Of a stretch of 64,000 nt of DNA, positions 1-12,091 are shown piece after piece. Source of the DNA: Epiperipatus broadwayi (taxonomy: Eukaryota; Animalia; Onychophora); assembly GCA_028023455.1 (NCBI GenBank), contig JAQFVV010000002.1, positions 24,428,001 to 24,492,000 on the forward strand, given 5' to 3'. Both the position numbers and the translations under genes were made by a program. A model generated the notes under the pieces. It saw only the letters and a list, made by a program, of their open reading frames with translations. It ran no database searches and was not told the origin of the DNA. Position 1 is the stretch's first letter. Each line of letters opens with the position of its first letter.

Positions 1-485
1 TTTTTTTTTAAAAAAAATTAGTCAAAAAAAAATCTAAATCTACTTTTATTTTTTAGCTTTTACCAAATGCCAATATTTTTGCAACGTATATAAATAAACA
101 TTACAATGTGAATTAGTGTTTCTTTTTTGTAAGGGCTTTTTAGGTACTCACAAATATTAGTGACATTTTTAGAAGATTCTTATGAACTGATGTTTTTTTT
201 TCTATAAGATATGATCTGTCAAAGATATTTTACTATGACAACTATTAAATTATCTCAGATCCCTTTAGTATAATAATTTATCCATGTCAATTCATAAAAT
301 ATTTATTAAATTACAATTATTGAATTACCTATAAATAATGTTCTTGAGCCGATAATAAATTTTAAAAAAAATTCAAAAAAATATATATATAAAAAAAAAT
401 TGTTTTAGAATTTTATTAAAATAAATTAGATGCAAATTTTACAAACAAAAAAAATTACAAACTAAAAACATTTTTTAAATTATTT

Positions 486-2420
486 TTATGACACTTGGCA
501 TTGCATAGTTTTGGAAAGTTTGTCAAAATTTGACTTGTATAAACTTAAACTAATTCTTGAACATGATTCCAAATGTAGATCTGATAACTAGTTTTTATCA
601 CATTCACACAGGAAAATGCTGATTTTTATAAATAAGTTGAATCAAAAAATGCATTGAAATATGCAGCAACTCTCCAAATATTGGGATATTTACACTTGCT
701 TATTAATGTCTAGAAGTTCTCATTTAAAGCCATTAATTTTAAATATATATCATTACTATTTATTCTTCCAGGCCTGCTGAATCTGTATGTATAAATTCAC
801 TTAATTCCATAGCGATATATTCGATGTTGATGTTAACATTAAATGGATAAGACAAAAAACTAGCGATATCTTCAAATTTGTCAAATTCCATGAATCCTTC
901 TTCAAATTCCTTTATGAAGAGTATTATATTTTCAACATATTTGTTATAGATTAGATTCTTTCTATCTTTAGACTTGTCAGACATATTTTTAAAATGTTTT
1001 AATTCACAACACTTCAGTTGCATTACAAACATACTTAATTTTTCCTTGAATGACTTCAAAGTGCTTATCACAACTATTACTGTTTTATCTCTTCCTTGTA
1101 GTTCTACATTTAAGTTATTTAGTTTTTATGTAATATCACAGAAAAAGGTGGGGTCAAGAAGTCATTCTTTGTCATTCACTTCTAAATATAAATCTACCTT
1201 TAGTTTCCAAAAATTATCTTATTTTGTGGTAGAAGTTCTCTGAATCTGATTAAAAATTTTGTTTGATATAACCACCTTATGTCAGTATGTAATAACAATT
1301 CATTATGTTCACTCTCACATTCCTTTAGCAAATCCCAGAACTGATGACATAACAAGCTTTTTGATCTTATTTTATTAACAATTTTGAAGACAATACTCAT
1401 AACGTGATTAAATTTCAATACTTTTGAACTTAAGGCATGCTGATGTATAATACAATGATAATCCATAAAACTAGGTATATCATTATCATTTCTCCTCATT
1501 TGATCACAAAATCAAAGCAACAATGTAGAAAGATGTTGCAGAAACTAGCATATCAAATAACACTACTAAATAAAGATAAGTGAGGTGAAATTTGTAGAGT
1601 ACATGGTCTATTTCAGATAATAAACAATAAAGCAGTCTCTCGGAATACTGGTTTGTGTCTAATCAGCACTCTAGTAAATAAATAAAACTTTCATGCCTTT
1701 TTTCTAGGCAGACAACACAGTACTTTCTTTTTGGAATATTATGTAACTACTAAGAGCACAACTTGAGTAGCCAGATATTTATGAAAAATTATAGGGTACA
1801 CATGGACATTATGGCTATCCGCACACATAATATGAACCCAATTCCTAATAGCTATCTACCGCAGAACCATCATTTGAAATATCTTTACTGGTTTTGAATG
1901 ACATTATTAAATGTTAACTGTAAGTGAGAAATTTCATAATAGTTTTATTAACTATACTTCTCTATGTATCTGGCACAGCTCTAAAGTTTACATCTCAAAG
2001 GTCATATTTACATGTATAACTGTGGTCACAAACATAAATCTAAATGGCTAAATTTTATTGCAATTTTTGCTTTTAATATTTGGCTCTTTTTTTTTTGTTA
2101 AAATTTAGAGAAGAAAGCATATAAAATAATAGCTAAAAAACTGCTTAGGAGTGACTGAAACTCTAGTAATAACGTTCAACCGTCAAAAGTCTAATTCATC
2201 AGAAAAAAGATCGTGCAGTAAAGACAATCTCTATATTTATGAACAAAGATGGCTTATTAATTCTTTTTTTTTTATAGATATTATAATTACTTTTACTTTT
2301 AAGAAATCATTAGCAAAAATCATGTTTGAATCTGTTTATTAACCATTATTCTCCGCTATAAATACAAGCCCATTTCCTTTTTTTATTTTTTATATTCAAA
2401 TCAGCTCTTGGCCACGCCTG
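486..2420 (-). mobile_element. Degenerate Buster-type hAT transposon (GTF2IRD2/ZBED8-like transposase remnant)
   Basis: ORF fragments YHCIIHQHAL...VNKIRSKSL...DIRWL (1200-1499), a C-terminal part (760-1071), and KYPNIWRVAAYFNAFFDSTYL*KSAFS plus QCQVS* (about 486-700). A TIR-like CAGGCGTGGCCAA ends at 2420; the other TIR was not seen. Confidence 0.85.
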
Positions 2421-3503
2421 TTCCATTGCAAGTTTCTATTATAATTAAATTAATAATTTCAAAATACCGATCATTAGCCAGATGATAATTACCTGACTGG
2501 CATGGCTGACTTGCTACAAATTTCAAAACATTTTAAAATTATATTTCAGAATATGCAATTCATTGCTTAACAAAATTCAAAGAAGTCTAATTTCGAAACA
2601 GTTTATAATAAATTCATTAAAAAAAACTTGCACAAATTTAACTGAACATGATAATATAAATCTTTACTAAGTCCGAGCATATATCTCTAACATATCATCA
2701 TATAGAGAGGAAGAGTAATCTCTTATAATGCCACCTAAAAAATTTTAAATTGGCAGAATAGCAAACAAGATTCAATGGATCGATTTCAAGCAAATATTTT
2801 CATAACTAATGCTGGGTTTCTAATATGCCAATCACAAATTTACATGTAGCCAGAGCTTCGTTTATATATAGTATGAAAGATATTTTATTTTAGAGTAAGA
2901 TAATTTTAAACCTAAATAATGTTATAGCTGATTTCCAGAAACTGATACAAGAAGTGTCTGTTTTTTAGATGAGTTTCAGTTTTATCTATGTAAATAAAAA
3001 ATTTCAAGTAGCTTTATAAGAGAATGTTTCAGTTTCCTATATTATGTTATAAACTTTCAAAGCGATTTATTATTATTATTACATATATTTTAATAAATAA
3101 ATTATGATAACATTTTAGTTTTAAACATTAAATAATAAATTACAAAAATGCTTTCAATTACTACCATGTTATCATTATTTATTTATTACATATATAGATA
3201 CTTTAGAATTAGACCAGCTGTGATAAAACTCTACCTCAACCTTAACCCTAAACCAGTACCTGTGATGTATCACAGTAGGTCTAATACTAAAGTACCCATA
3301 TAGACATATACTATGAAGTACAATTTATAATCATTATATATATATATATATATTGAGAGGTCCATGTGATGTCATTATTACATCTGATTGGCTGTCACAT
3401 AAGCATGTTTAAGGTGTATCTGTTGAAGGTTTTAGCTTTCACGTTAGTACATTGTTATCTGTTTGCGCTTAATAAATTTGATATATTTACGTTTATTAAT
3501 ATA

Positions 3504-4854
3504 CACCTGGGTCTCGTTTTACGCAATATAGGTTCCTCAGAAAACACACGCAAAAGAAATCGCACAAAAATAGACGTAACTTACCTTGAAAAAGGGGGGA
3601 TATGGACTGTGATTTTTCAAAAATTGCATAAAAGCAAGGCACCAACGTAAAATTACTTTAAAATTCGCGCGCAAAAAAAATAAGGAAATAAAATATGACT
3701 AATAAAAAATTTCAAATTTGAAAAAAATTGATACAAGACAAACTTTTTTTAACTATAATATTTAATTTTATTCAAAACAATATATTTTTATGTATAATTT
3801 ACAGTACAGTAATTTACATTTTTTTATACACATTTTAATTATTATCGCTATTTGTCGATAAACAGGTTCGTTTGCAAACTGGTAAAAAATCAGATTCTTC
3901 ACAAGAGGAAATACAACTAGCGCCAACTTCACTCTCATGTTGTGTTAATGGTTTTCTGGTGACAATGTAATTAATAATTAATCTTTGAGTTTATAAAGCT
4001 CGCGATATCCAGACATACAACCATTCAGCTCTCATTGGAATTTAAGAGCACGTTCATGATTAGTGTCATTAATAAGAAAATAATTTGCCAACTGATGAGA
4101 AAGTTGAAGACCTTCTCGAATCATTTTTGCAGTGAAAAGAACAGGTTCCACTTCTGTTTCATTATCTTTTTCTACACTGTTGGGAAAATTTTAATTAAAA
4201 CTAACAACTAAAAATTAAATTCTTATTTTTGTCTTTAATTTTTTAATTTTCAATTCCGTTTAAAAATCAAATTTCATTTCACATCACATTAATTTCAGGT
4301 CGCCTCAAGTAATTTTTAAATTGTTAATTACAATTAAAAATCAGATTTTAATTTTTAATTGTCAAATTTAATTGTGCACACTGCTATTACTCACCTTTTA
4401 GAAATAAACTTGCAGACACTAAATGATTAATAATTGATTACGTTCTTTTTTAAAAAGCAAAAACAGAATGTGATTTAAAATGCAAAATTAACATGCACGA
4501 TGTTTGAACAAATTTACATTATAATCTTGTAAAATTTAATGTGTGTACATAAAATGTGAAAATCATGATTTTAATTTCATTATTGCATAAAATCTTACTA
4601 TTATAAAGCATTGAAAATATTGAAATTATTAAGATGAAAGTCAATTTCCGATAATGTGCTATTACTTTAAATATGACGTAAGTGCATGAAATTTATTATT
4701 TAAAGTAATAGCGTATTATCGGAGTTCGACTTCCAATCTAATACAGTGTTAACACATAAAAAAAAAAACCGCATACAAAAATATTAAGAAGAAACATGAA
4801 TCGCATAACTTCAAAACCGCGTTAAATAAATCCGCATAAAACAAGACCTAGGTG
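3504..4854 (-). mobile_element. Non-autonomous pogo/Tigger-like DNA transposon with transposase C-terminal remnant
   Basis: TA|CACCTGGGTCTCGTTTTACGC ... GCATAAAACAAGACCTAGGTG|TA TIRs with TA TSD. The minus strand at about 3980-4180 reads ...FTAKMIREGLQ...DTNHERALKFQ*ELNGCMSGYRELYK, which resembles a Tigger C-terminus. Confidence 0.85.
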
Positions 4855-5858
4855 TATATATACTTTAATTTTTTGTTTTTTTATTGGAACATATTGCAAC
4901 TATCATGAGTGCAATTACATATATATATATAATGATTAAAATGATACATCATATATTTTAAATTCAATATTTTAAAACATTAATTGTGAAAATTTTTATA
5001 ACTTTTGATATACACATAACATACAAAAATATAGCCAGCTTCAGTCAAACAAAAATAAATAAATAAAATGTTAGCCACATACCACATGGACTGCCAATAA
5101 AGCTAAATTTAAATATATATATTTCCATTTTTTAATGATAATTCTTATAGCACTTACAACCTGTCCATTGATATATTATACACGTGTGACTGAAATTTCA
5201 TTCTGACATGAATCAATCTTAAACAAAATTGATAATGAATAATTTTCATTCCTTACAGGAAGAAACTCATCAAGATGTCTCCCTTTTTACAATCATATGA
5301 CCAACTATTATATGTCAACTTCAATAAATGGATATCATTCAAATTATAATATATTAAAGACAGTACAAATAATATATATATATATATCAAGATTAATGAA
5401 TAAAAAAATACAAGTTTATTATTAGTATCTAATTTTTCAGTTTACAAATCAAATTTACAAAAAATTATATTTTAATTACATTTTTAGTTTCCAATTATCT
5501 AACAATGACCATTTCTCATCTAATTGTACTGGATATTTAACTATTACATTTCCTGAATATACAAAGTTTCATAACATTTTTTTAAATATAATTTTTAATA
5601 TATTTTACTACTTCAATATTTTTCTCACAAATCATTTTATGACTGGTTTTTAAAATACGAATATATGGGCCCTGATTTTTTTTAATATTAATGATAGCCC
5701 ATGCCAAAAGCAAATAAAAAAAAAAAAATTCCAATGTAATTTAATTACAGCTATTTTTTACGGGAAAATAATTCCTTTTTTGCAATTTAATTTTGTTTGC
5801 AGAGGAAACAAAAAAATTCCTTACAGATTTAACAAAAAAAGGAGCATTTATAAATGTT

Positions 5859-5956
5859 TTTTTATATATGTCAAAGCGTTGACCAGAAAGCGAACCCGGA
5901 CCTGCTGCTTGGAAGGCAGCTAGCTATGCTAACCGCTAGGCCACCAACGCTTGACA
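5859..5956 (-). mobile_element. tRNA-Gly(TCC)-derived SINE / retroposed tRNA pseudogene
   Basis: The body at 5950-5875 is GCGTTGGTGGCCTAGCGGTTAGCATAGCTAGCTGCCTTCCAAGCAG...GGTTCGCTTTCTGGTCAACGCT, a Gly-TCC tRNA with a 4-nt AGCT duplication and a mutated T-loop. It has an A-rich tail and a 13-bp TSD ATTTATAAATGTT (5846-5858, 5957-5969). Confidence 0.85.
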
Positions 5957-5999
5957 ATTTATAAATGTTGTAGCTCATCTGCAACAACTTTTTCACTTT

Positions 6000-8119
6000 C
6001 AAATTCATAAAACCGCATATTTCCGCAAAAAAAAAAGTTTGCAATTTCGACCGCAATAGCGCGCAAACCGTATACGTCACAGTTACGGGTATTTTTTTTC
6101 TTTCTCTCTGCCATTTTTCTATCTTTTTGTACGTCTAAAAAATTTTTCTGTGCGATGAAAATTAGATTTTTTTATAGCAATTTTTGTAAAGTACGTTATT
6201 AAAATTTTATAATTTTTTTTTTCTTTCTAGATTTTATCAACGTATAAAAAAATTATCCGCACTAATGGTTTCCGTCGCCGCTGAACGTAATTTTGATTGA
6301 TTCTGACGAAGACTTTTCCTGTTTATGTGTTTGACTCTGAGTTTCATCGTATTTCCCCATTGCCCGTGAGTATTCAATTCCTGATCTATTTCATTTATTT
6401 TTCTTTAGGAAATAATATATTTGCACTGAAAGCAATAGGTATGTTTCAGAGTGGAAGGCATTACCGAAGTGGGTTGATCTGTCACCCGCTGAGTTGAATG
6501 CATTTTTTGGTATGGTTATTCATGTTTGTACTATATCACGCATACCAAAACTAAAATTTATTTGGTCTAAAAATGAATATTTGCATCAACCGGTACTTGC
6601 TAACTTGCTAGAGTTATGACCCGAGATTGATTTTTTGGTATTCTAAATAATTTACAATGCCTCCCAATGCTGAATCAACAGTCATCATCATCATCTCCCA
6701 ATGATATATAATAATTGCTTGCAATTCCTTTGGGTTATTTATTTTATTTTATTTACTGTTTTTATTCATTTCATTGTAGATAAGTTTTTAATTACTTTGA
6801 AACATACTTTGCTATTATGGTCTCCTGTGAAATAATGCATAATTTAGCTCACCCTCATGATATTTCAATAATATAGTAATTATTTTTTACACCCATAACT
6901 TAGAATTTACTATGTTTTTATTCATTTTATTTTAGAAACAAATTTTTAATTTATTTCATAACATACTATGTTTTTATTCATTTCATTGTAGATAAGTTTT
7001 TTATTTATTTTATAGCATACTTTGCTATTATGGTCTCCTGTGAAATAATGCATAATTTAGCTCACCCTCCACATGATATTCCAATAATATAGTAATTATT
7101 TTTTATACCTATAACTTAGAATTTACTATGTTTTTATTCATTTCATTGTAGATAACTTTTTATTTATTTTATAGCATACTTTGCTATTATGATTTCCTAT
7201 GAAATAATGCATAATTTAGCTCGCCCCCCCCCCCCTGATTTTTCAATAATATAGTAATTATTTTTTATACCCATAACTTAGAAATTACTATGTTTTTATT
7301 CATTTCATTGTAGATAACTTTTTGTTTATTTTATAGCATACTTTGCTATTATGGTTTCCTATGAAATAATGCATAATTTAGCTCACCCCACCCCTGATTT
7401 TTCAATAATATAGTAATTATTTTTTATACCCATAACTTAGAATTTACTATGTTTTTATTCATTTCATTGTAGATAACTTTTTATTTATTTTATAGCATAC
7501 TTTGCTATTATGGTTTCCTATGAAATAATGCATAATTTAGCTCGCCCCACCCATGATTTTTCAATAATATAGTAATTATTTTTTACCCCCATAACTTACA
7601 CTTTATTAAAGTTATTACTGTTATTTTTTTTTGATCCACACTAAAACCTTGCATTTCTAATAGATATCCTGCATAGAGGGCTTAGAAAAACAACTGCTTG
7701 CAAAAACTGAACATTTAGACTTGTTAGTAAAAAAACGAAACTGAAATTGTCACCTTCTGCCACATTACACCAACAATCTGTAACTCAGGTAGGTCATGTT
7801 ATATATTATTTTTTTCTGCATTTTATGACGAATGTGATGAAGCTGTCTATGAAATTGTCATTTTAGGTTATACCTTTCAAAATTGAAAGTTTGTGAACCA
7901 ATGTAAAAATAAAGATATTTAAAAATGTGAAAAATCTTTTTTAATTATTTTTTTGTGGTAATGACTACTTTATCAGCTTTATAACATTTTTTCATATTTG
8001 CACTTTATAAAAATGTATATATATTTTTATTTATTGTAATAAATTAGACATTTCATTTAAAATTGTATGTCCTGTAATTTTTTCTGGGAATTCAAAATGG
8101 CCATTCAGGTCTCTAAGGG
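6000..8119 (+). mobile_element. Internally deleted piggyBac (PGBD4-like) element; left end not found, start approximate
   Basis: About 6370-6610 reads IPDLFHLFF...ESNRYVSEWKALPKWVDLSPAELNAFFGMVIHVCTISRIPKLKFIWSKN, a piggyBac transposase N-terminal block. The right end is ...GGTCTCTAAGGG|TTAA at 8119/8120-8123. Confidence 0.75.
6760..7600. repeat. Tandem repeat of an about 160-bp AT-rich unit, about 5 copies, inside the piggyBac remnant
   Basis: The anchor TTTGCTATTATG recurs near 6809, 7021, 7180, 7341 and 7501; each unit carries GAAATAATGCATAATTTAGCTC followed by a variable C-run. Confidence 0.9.
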
Positions 8120-8123
8120 TTAA

Positions 8124-8251
8124 ACAGATATTGAAAATATTTCCCCCCTCTTTTCACATCACTATCAGTTAATTTCATTCCATTCTTATCAGCTATTTCA
8201 CTTGTTAACTTTTTCTTTTTATCTCAAGTGACATTTCTAATTCTATCAAAT

Positions 8252-8343
<92 letters not shown>

Positions 8344-9750
8344 TCTTGTTACAACCATTTTTCTCTTGCTAAATCTACTTATCTCCTTAGTTCATTATTA
8401 ATTTTTCCATATCTTCTTTGATTTTAGTTACTATTGATATTTTTCCATTTCCATCTTTTTCAACATTTCTTCTGTTATCCAAGGTCATTTAATTTTCATT
8501 ATTTGAAGAGTTCTTAGCCACATTTTTTGCTGCTTTTAATATTTCCGCTTTAATTCTACACCAATGTTTACTAATATCCTCATCCTTATCGATTCTTTTC
8601 ATTATATTTTCATATACGAAACCAAACCTTCTTTTCTTCATTTATAAATCCCATCTTGTACATCTTTTCATTTTTTTTTCATCTTTTTTAGAATTATCTT
8701 TAATTTAGCCATAGTCGCATTATGATTAGTTATATCAGTGGCAGACAAAACATATCAACCCTTAATAGCACTCTGATGACTATACCATATCATTATCACC
8801 TGGAGTTTTCCATGTATAAATTCTTCTGGGATGATTTATAAACATGGTGTGCAAACACAAAATTATTCTCTTTATAAAATTACATAAGCCAACTATCAAT
8901 TCCATTTCCTTTTTCAATACCGTAATCCCCAATAATTTTTCCTTCCTCAAATTTTGCCATGACAGGAGTCCAATCACCTAACAGCAATATATATATATGC
9001 ATTTTTACCATCTTATTATATCATTTCATTCATCTTTTCATACTGTTCATCAATTTCTACAGCATCATTATTAATAGTTGACATATAAGTTTGTATAAAT
9101 ACCGAATCCTCAGGACTTGCAATTATCCCCATATCACACAATTCCAAATTTTTTTTCCAACAATAATACTAACTCCATTTACTGCCTTATCATTATTAGA
9201 ATAAAGTAGTATCCCATTACTTATTTCACCACATCTCCCCCAATTCACTTCAACTAAACCCATAACATCAACATTATTTAATTTCATTTGACTTTTCAAA
9301 TTTTCCAATTTCCTAACATTTCTCAATGACCTTATATTCCAACCAACTCTCAGTGTATTTTCTTTGGGCATATAATCTTTATGCTGATTTTGTATATTTA
9401 CTACATGAATAGCATTGTGTCTACTTCTCCCAAGCAAGTCACCAAAGCTTTTTTAGCTAGTGTCTCAACACCAATAATAAATAAATCTTAGGTTCATAAT
9501 CATAATATAAAATGAGAAAATTATACGGCAAAGTGATTTCCCATTCTTTCATTACAGGCTTAATGTGTTAACTGTTTCTCATAAAATGATTATTCATCCA
9601 CTGCTTTCCTCCCTGCCATTAACACCTATAGTAAGCTTCTACTGTCTTGAAAGAATGCTATTGACGATTTAATTAATGTTACCCTTTATCTTTGTGGTCA
9701 CTATTTTAATATTTGGAAACCATCATTCAAAGACAATGCATAAAAATGTT
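8124..9750 (-). mobile_element. 5' part of an RTE-clade LINE (APE endonuclease plus linker), degenerate; 3' side cut at the piggyBac TTAA
   Basis: LRVGWNIRSLRNVRKLENLK...VDVMGLVEVNW (9123-9437), GDWTPV...HPRRIYTWKTPGD (8780-8977), WCRIKAEILKAAK, and LFDRIRNVT...DKNGMKLTD (8140-8250). Confidence 0.85.
8254..8339. repeat. (CT)n/(AG)n microsatellite, about 43 units, within the RTE remnant
   Basis: Uninterrupted ctctct run. Confidence 0.98.
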
Positions 9751-10082
9751 AATATCTCTCACACACACAAAAATAATTTAAAACTATAGTGATAAAAAAA
9801 ATACATGGATAGAATCCTAGATTTGCTATGCTATGTCCAAAATTCAAATTTGATTCAATGTATAATGATAATTTTTTCTCATAGTAAACTTTTTTTTCAG
9901 GTATCCTGCCAACAGTTGATGCAAATAGCTGCTGGATAAACTCTTTATTAAATAGATATATAACTGTTCCTAATTACTAAGAAAAAGAAGTGGTAGCTGA
10001 CTGTTCCTTTGTGGATAAATGCTACAATTGGTACAATATCAAAAGGATATTTAATGCTCCTCTACTTATTTTTCTAGAGCAT

Positions 10083-10114
<32 letters not shown>

Positions 10115-10724
10115 AATCTATGTGTGGAGTAAACTTTTTTTTTTCTGGCTACAACTTGAGCAGTGACAGACATAAAAGCTAATGGTTGTTTTTTCTCACC
10201 TGAAGAAAGTAAAACTCAATTTGGTCAACCGAACAGAATTGGTATCTTCAACCTTCCATTTGTGATATCACTTAATTATTCAAACAACTGACTAACTAAA
10301 ATAGATCGGAGGGGGGGGTCCCATGTTTTTTTTAACCAGATCATTAAGAAAAAAATGAAATTTGTAAAAAAAAAAGTTTGTGGAAAATCAGGAAATGAAA
10401 CATTATACTCTGCTGAAGACAATCCTGGAGAATATATATACAAGAAATCCAAATTATTTTCCTTAAACTTAAATTTAAAAAAAATCTTTACTATAAATAC
10501 CATTCTTAAAATGTTTGCAGAAATCCTGTTTAATTACCATATTGTTAGACATATACTATGCACATGCAATACACCCCAATTTTTTTCACTAAGAAATTCA
10601 GATTTTTTAAAAAAAATTATTATAAAAACGTATAAATAATAAGATATTTGTTTATATAGCACTATGCTAATAAATTGTAATAGTAAATTAGCAATCAGGC
10701 TAATGCACATGCGCTTTACAGATT

Positions 10725-11098
10725 TTAAACTATAAATCAATACTATCACTCTCAGACACAAGATAAAGTCTTTATGAAAAGATAGAATGAATCCATCTAT
10801 CTTTTCAACCAAACGTTTAAATATGGGCCAATCTTAAGTGTTTGGAAATGAGAGCTGGCAAAATTATTTAAAATTTACTATATGTCATTCATAGTTGAAG
10901 TAATTTCACAAGCGTCATTCATTCAAGCATAATAAAGTAATTTAAAGTGAATGCTTAATATCTTCACGCTCTCATTTCTAAATACTTAATATTGGCCCAT
11001 ACTTAGACCTTTGGGTTGAAAAGTTAGATGGATTCATTCTATCTTTTCATAAAGACTTTATCTCGTGTCTGAGAATGAGAGTATTCATTTATAGTTTA
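10725..11098. mobile_element. Fold-back element with about 125-bp inverted arms and an about 115-bp spacer
   Basis: AAACTATAAATCAATACT...GGAAATGAGAGC versus GCTCTCATTTCTAAA...ATTCATTTATAGTTT. The spacer is homologous to 27350-27450. Confidence 0.8.
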
Positions 11099-11209
11099 TA
11101 AAAACTTATAGTAAAAAAATATATATAAATAATGCTATGAATAAAGTTTCTTCATTAATAATCATTTTAATGATAGCAATCTAAAATTCATCACTTTTAT
11201 TCACGTCAT

Positions 11210-11400
11210 GACCATCTTTCACATCCAGCTCATCACTATTTTCTTTATAAATTGTCTCGTCTTCAGTCAGTAAATGGCATTAGAAATTCCAGCCTTCTTG
11301 AAAATTTTATGATTTCTTTCTTAACGCTGTCCTATGATTTATTCAACCAATCATACTCATGACCAATGCTGGCCTTTTTTATTTTTCATGTTGATGCGTT
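11210..11400 (-). mobile_element. pogo-family transposase C-terminal remnant
   Basis: The minus strand reads KKASIGHEYDWLNKS*DSVKKEIIK followed by an acidic tail, resembling the pogo W..AW..V..E.I.KSF block; frameshifted. Confidence 0.45.
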
Positions 11401-11982
11401 TTGATATTAAGTAACTATTCCAATTTTCACTGAACTACAAATAAATAATAACGGATGTCCCATTTTTTGTTATTCTAAAATTTAATTTTAAAATGTGCAT
11501 GTGGTATATGTGTGGAAATATGGCAGATTATCACCACAATTCAATGAATAAATAAAAATGCAAGATAAATGATTATTTCATTTCATATCATCACATTAGA
11601 CACAAACCTTTAGTGACGGTTCTGTATGAAATGTTTAAAAAAATTATTTACTTGTAATTGCTTTTTGCTATAAATTATTTTAAAAGTCCAAAGTAGTTTT
11701 TAACTTTTCTTATAACAATATAATTCGATAGTAAATGTATATGTTGTGTATAACAGAAAAAACATTTATTGCTTGTAACTTAATGTCGTAACATCATTCG
11801 ATATAGTATGCTAAGCCAGCTTCTACTAATTTGTAGTCATAATCATAGCATAGACAATTAAATGGAATTACATAATAAATCCTACAGAAACATTATTAAA
11901 TATTATTACAGAGCGACAATTAACAGATATTCTGCAGTCTAATATAAAATTCAGTTTTCTATGTAATAAATGACAAAATTAC

Positions 11983-12091
11983 CTAATGTGGCAATGACTT
12001 CTCTGAGATTATCACCTTCTACAAGTAATTTATAAGTATCACCTGATTTTTCATCTACATGAATGACAGCTCTTGATATAGATGACAATCC
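11983..12091 (-). CDS. POLR3A: RNA polymerase III largest subunit, internal coding exon (last in window; gene continues beyond the left edge)
   Basis: ttttag|[36 protein letters not shown](G)|gtaatt; 109 nt. It continues the 50122 exon with no missing residues (RPC1 SRAVIH...[10 protein letters not shown] motif). Confidence 0.95.

Noticed and set aside
5875-5950. Functional tRNA-Gly(TCC) gene
   Set aside because: It has a 4-nt duplication before the anticodon stem, a T-loop GTTCGCT, a poly(A)-like tail and a TSD, so it is a retroposed copy.
6760-7600. CRISPR-like array
   Set aside because: The units are repeated over their full length with no unique spacers, and the context is a eukaryotic intron.
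9440-9760. HDV-like ribozyme at the RTE 5' end
   Set aside because: Expected for some RTEs, but I could not fold a nested double pseudoknot from this degenerate sequence.
9890-9990. Plus-strand exon or U12 donor at ttttcag|GTATCCTG
   Set aside because: Short frame, no partner splice site or recognisable protein; cannot be supported.
10195-10250. Hammerhead-like CTGAAGA...ACCGAAC
   Set aside because: GAAA is incomplete and helix II is not supported.
1-11982. Next POLR3A exon (expected ...SNN..EV...LGIEAAR)
   Set aside because: Not found on reading the minus strand; it presumably lies beyond the left edge.
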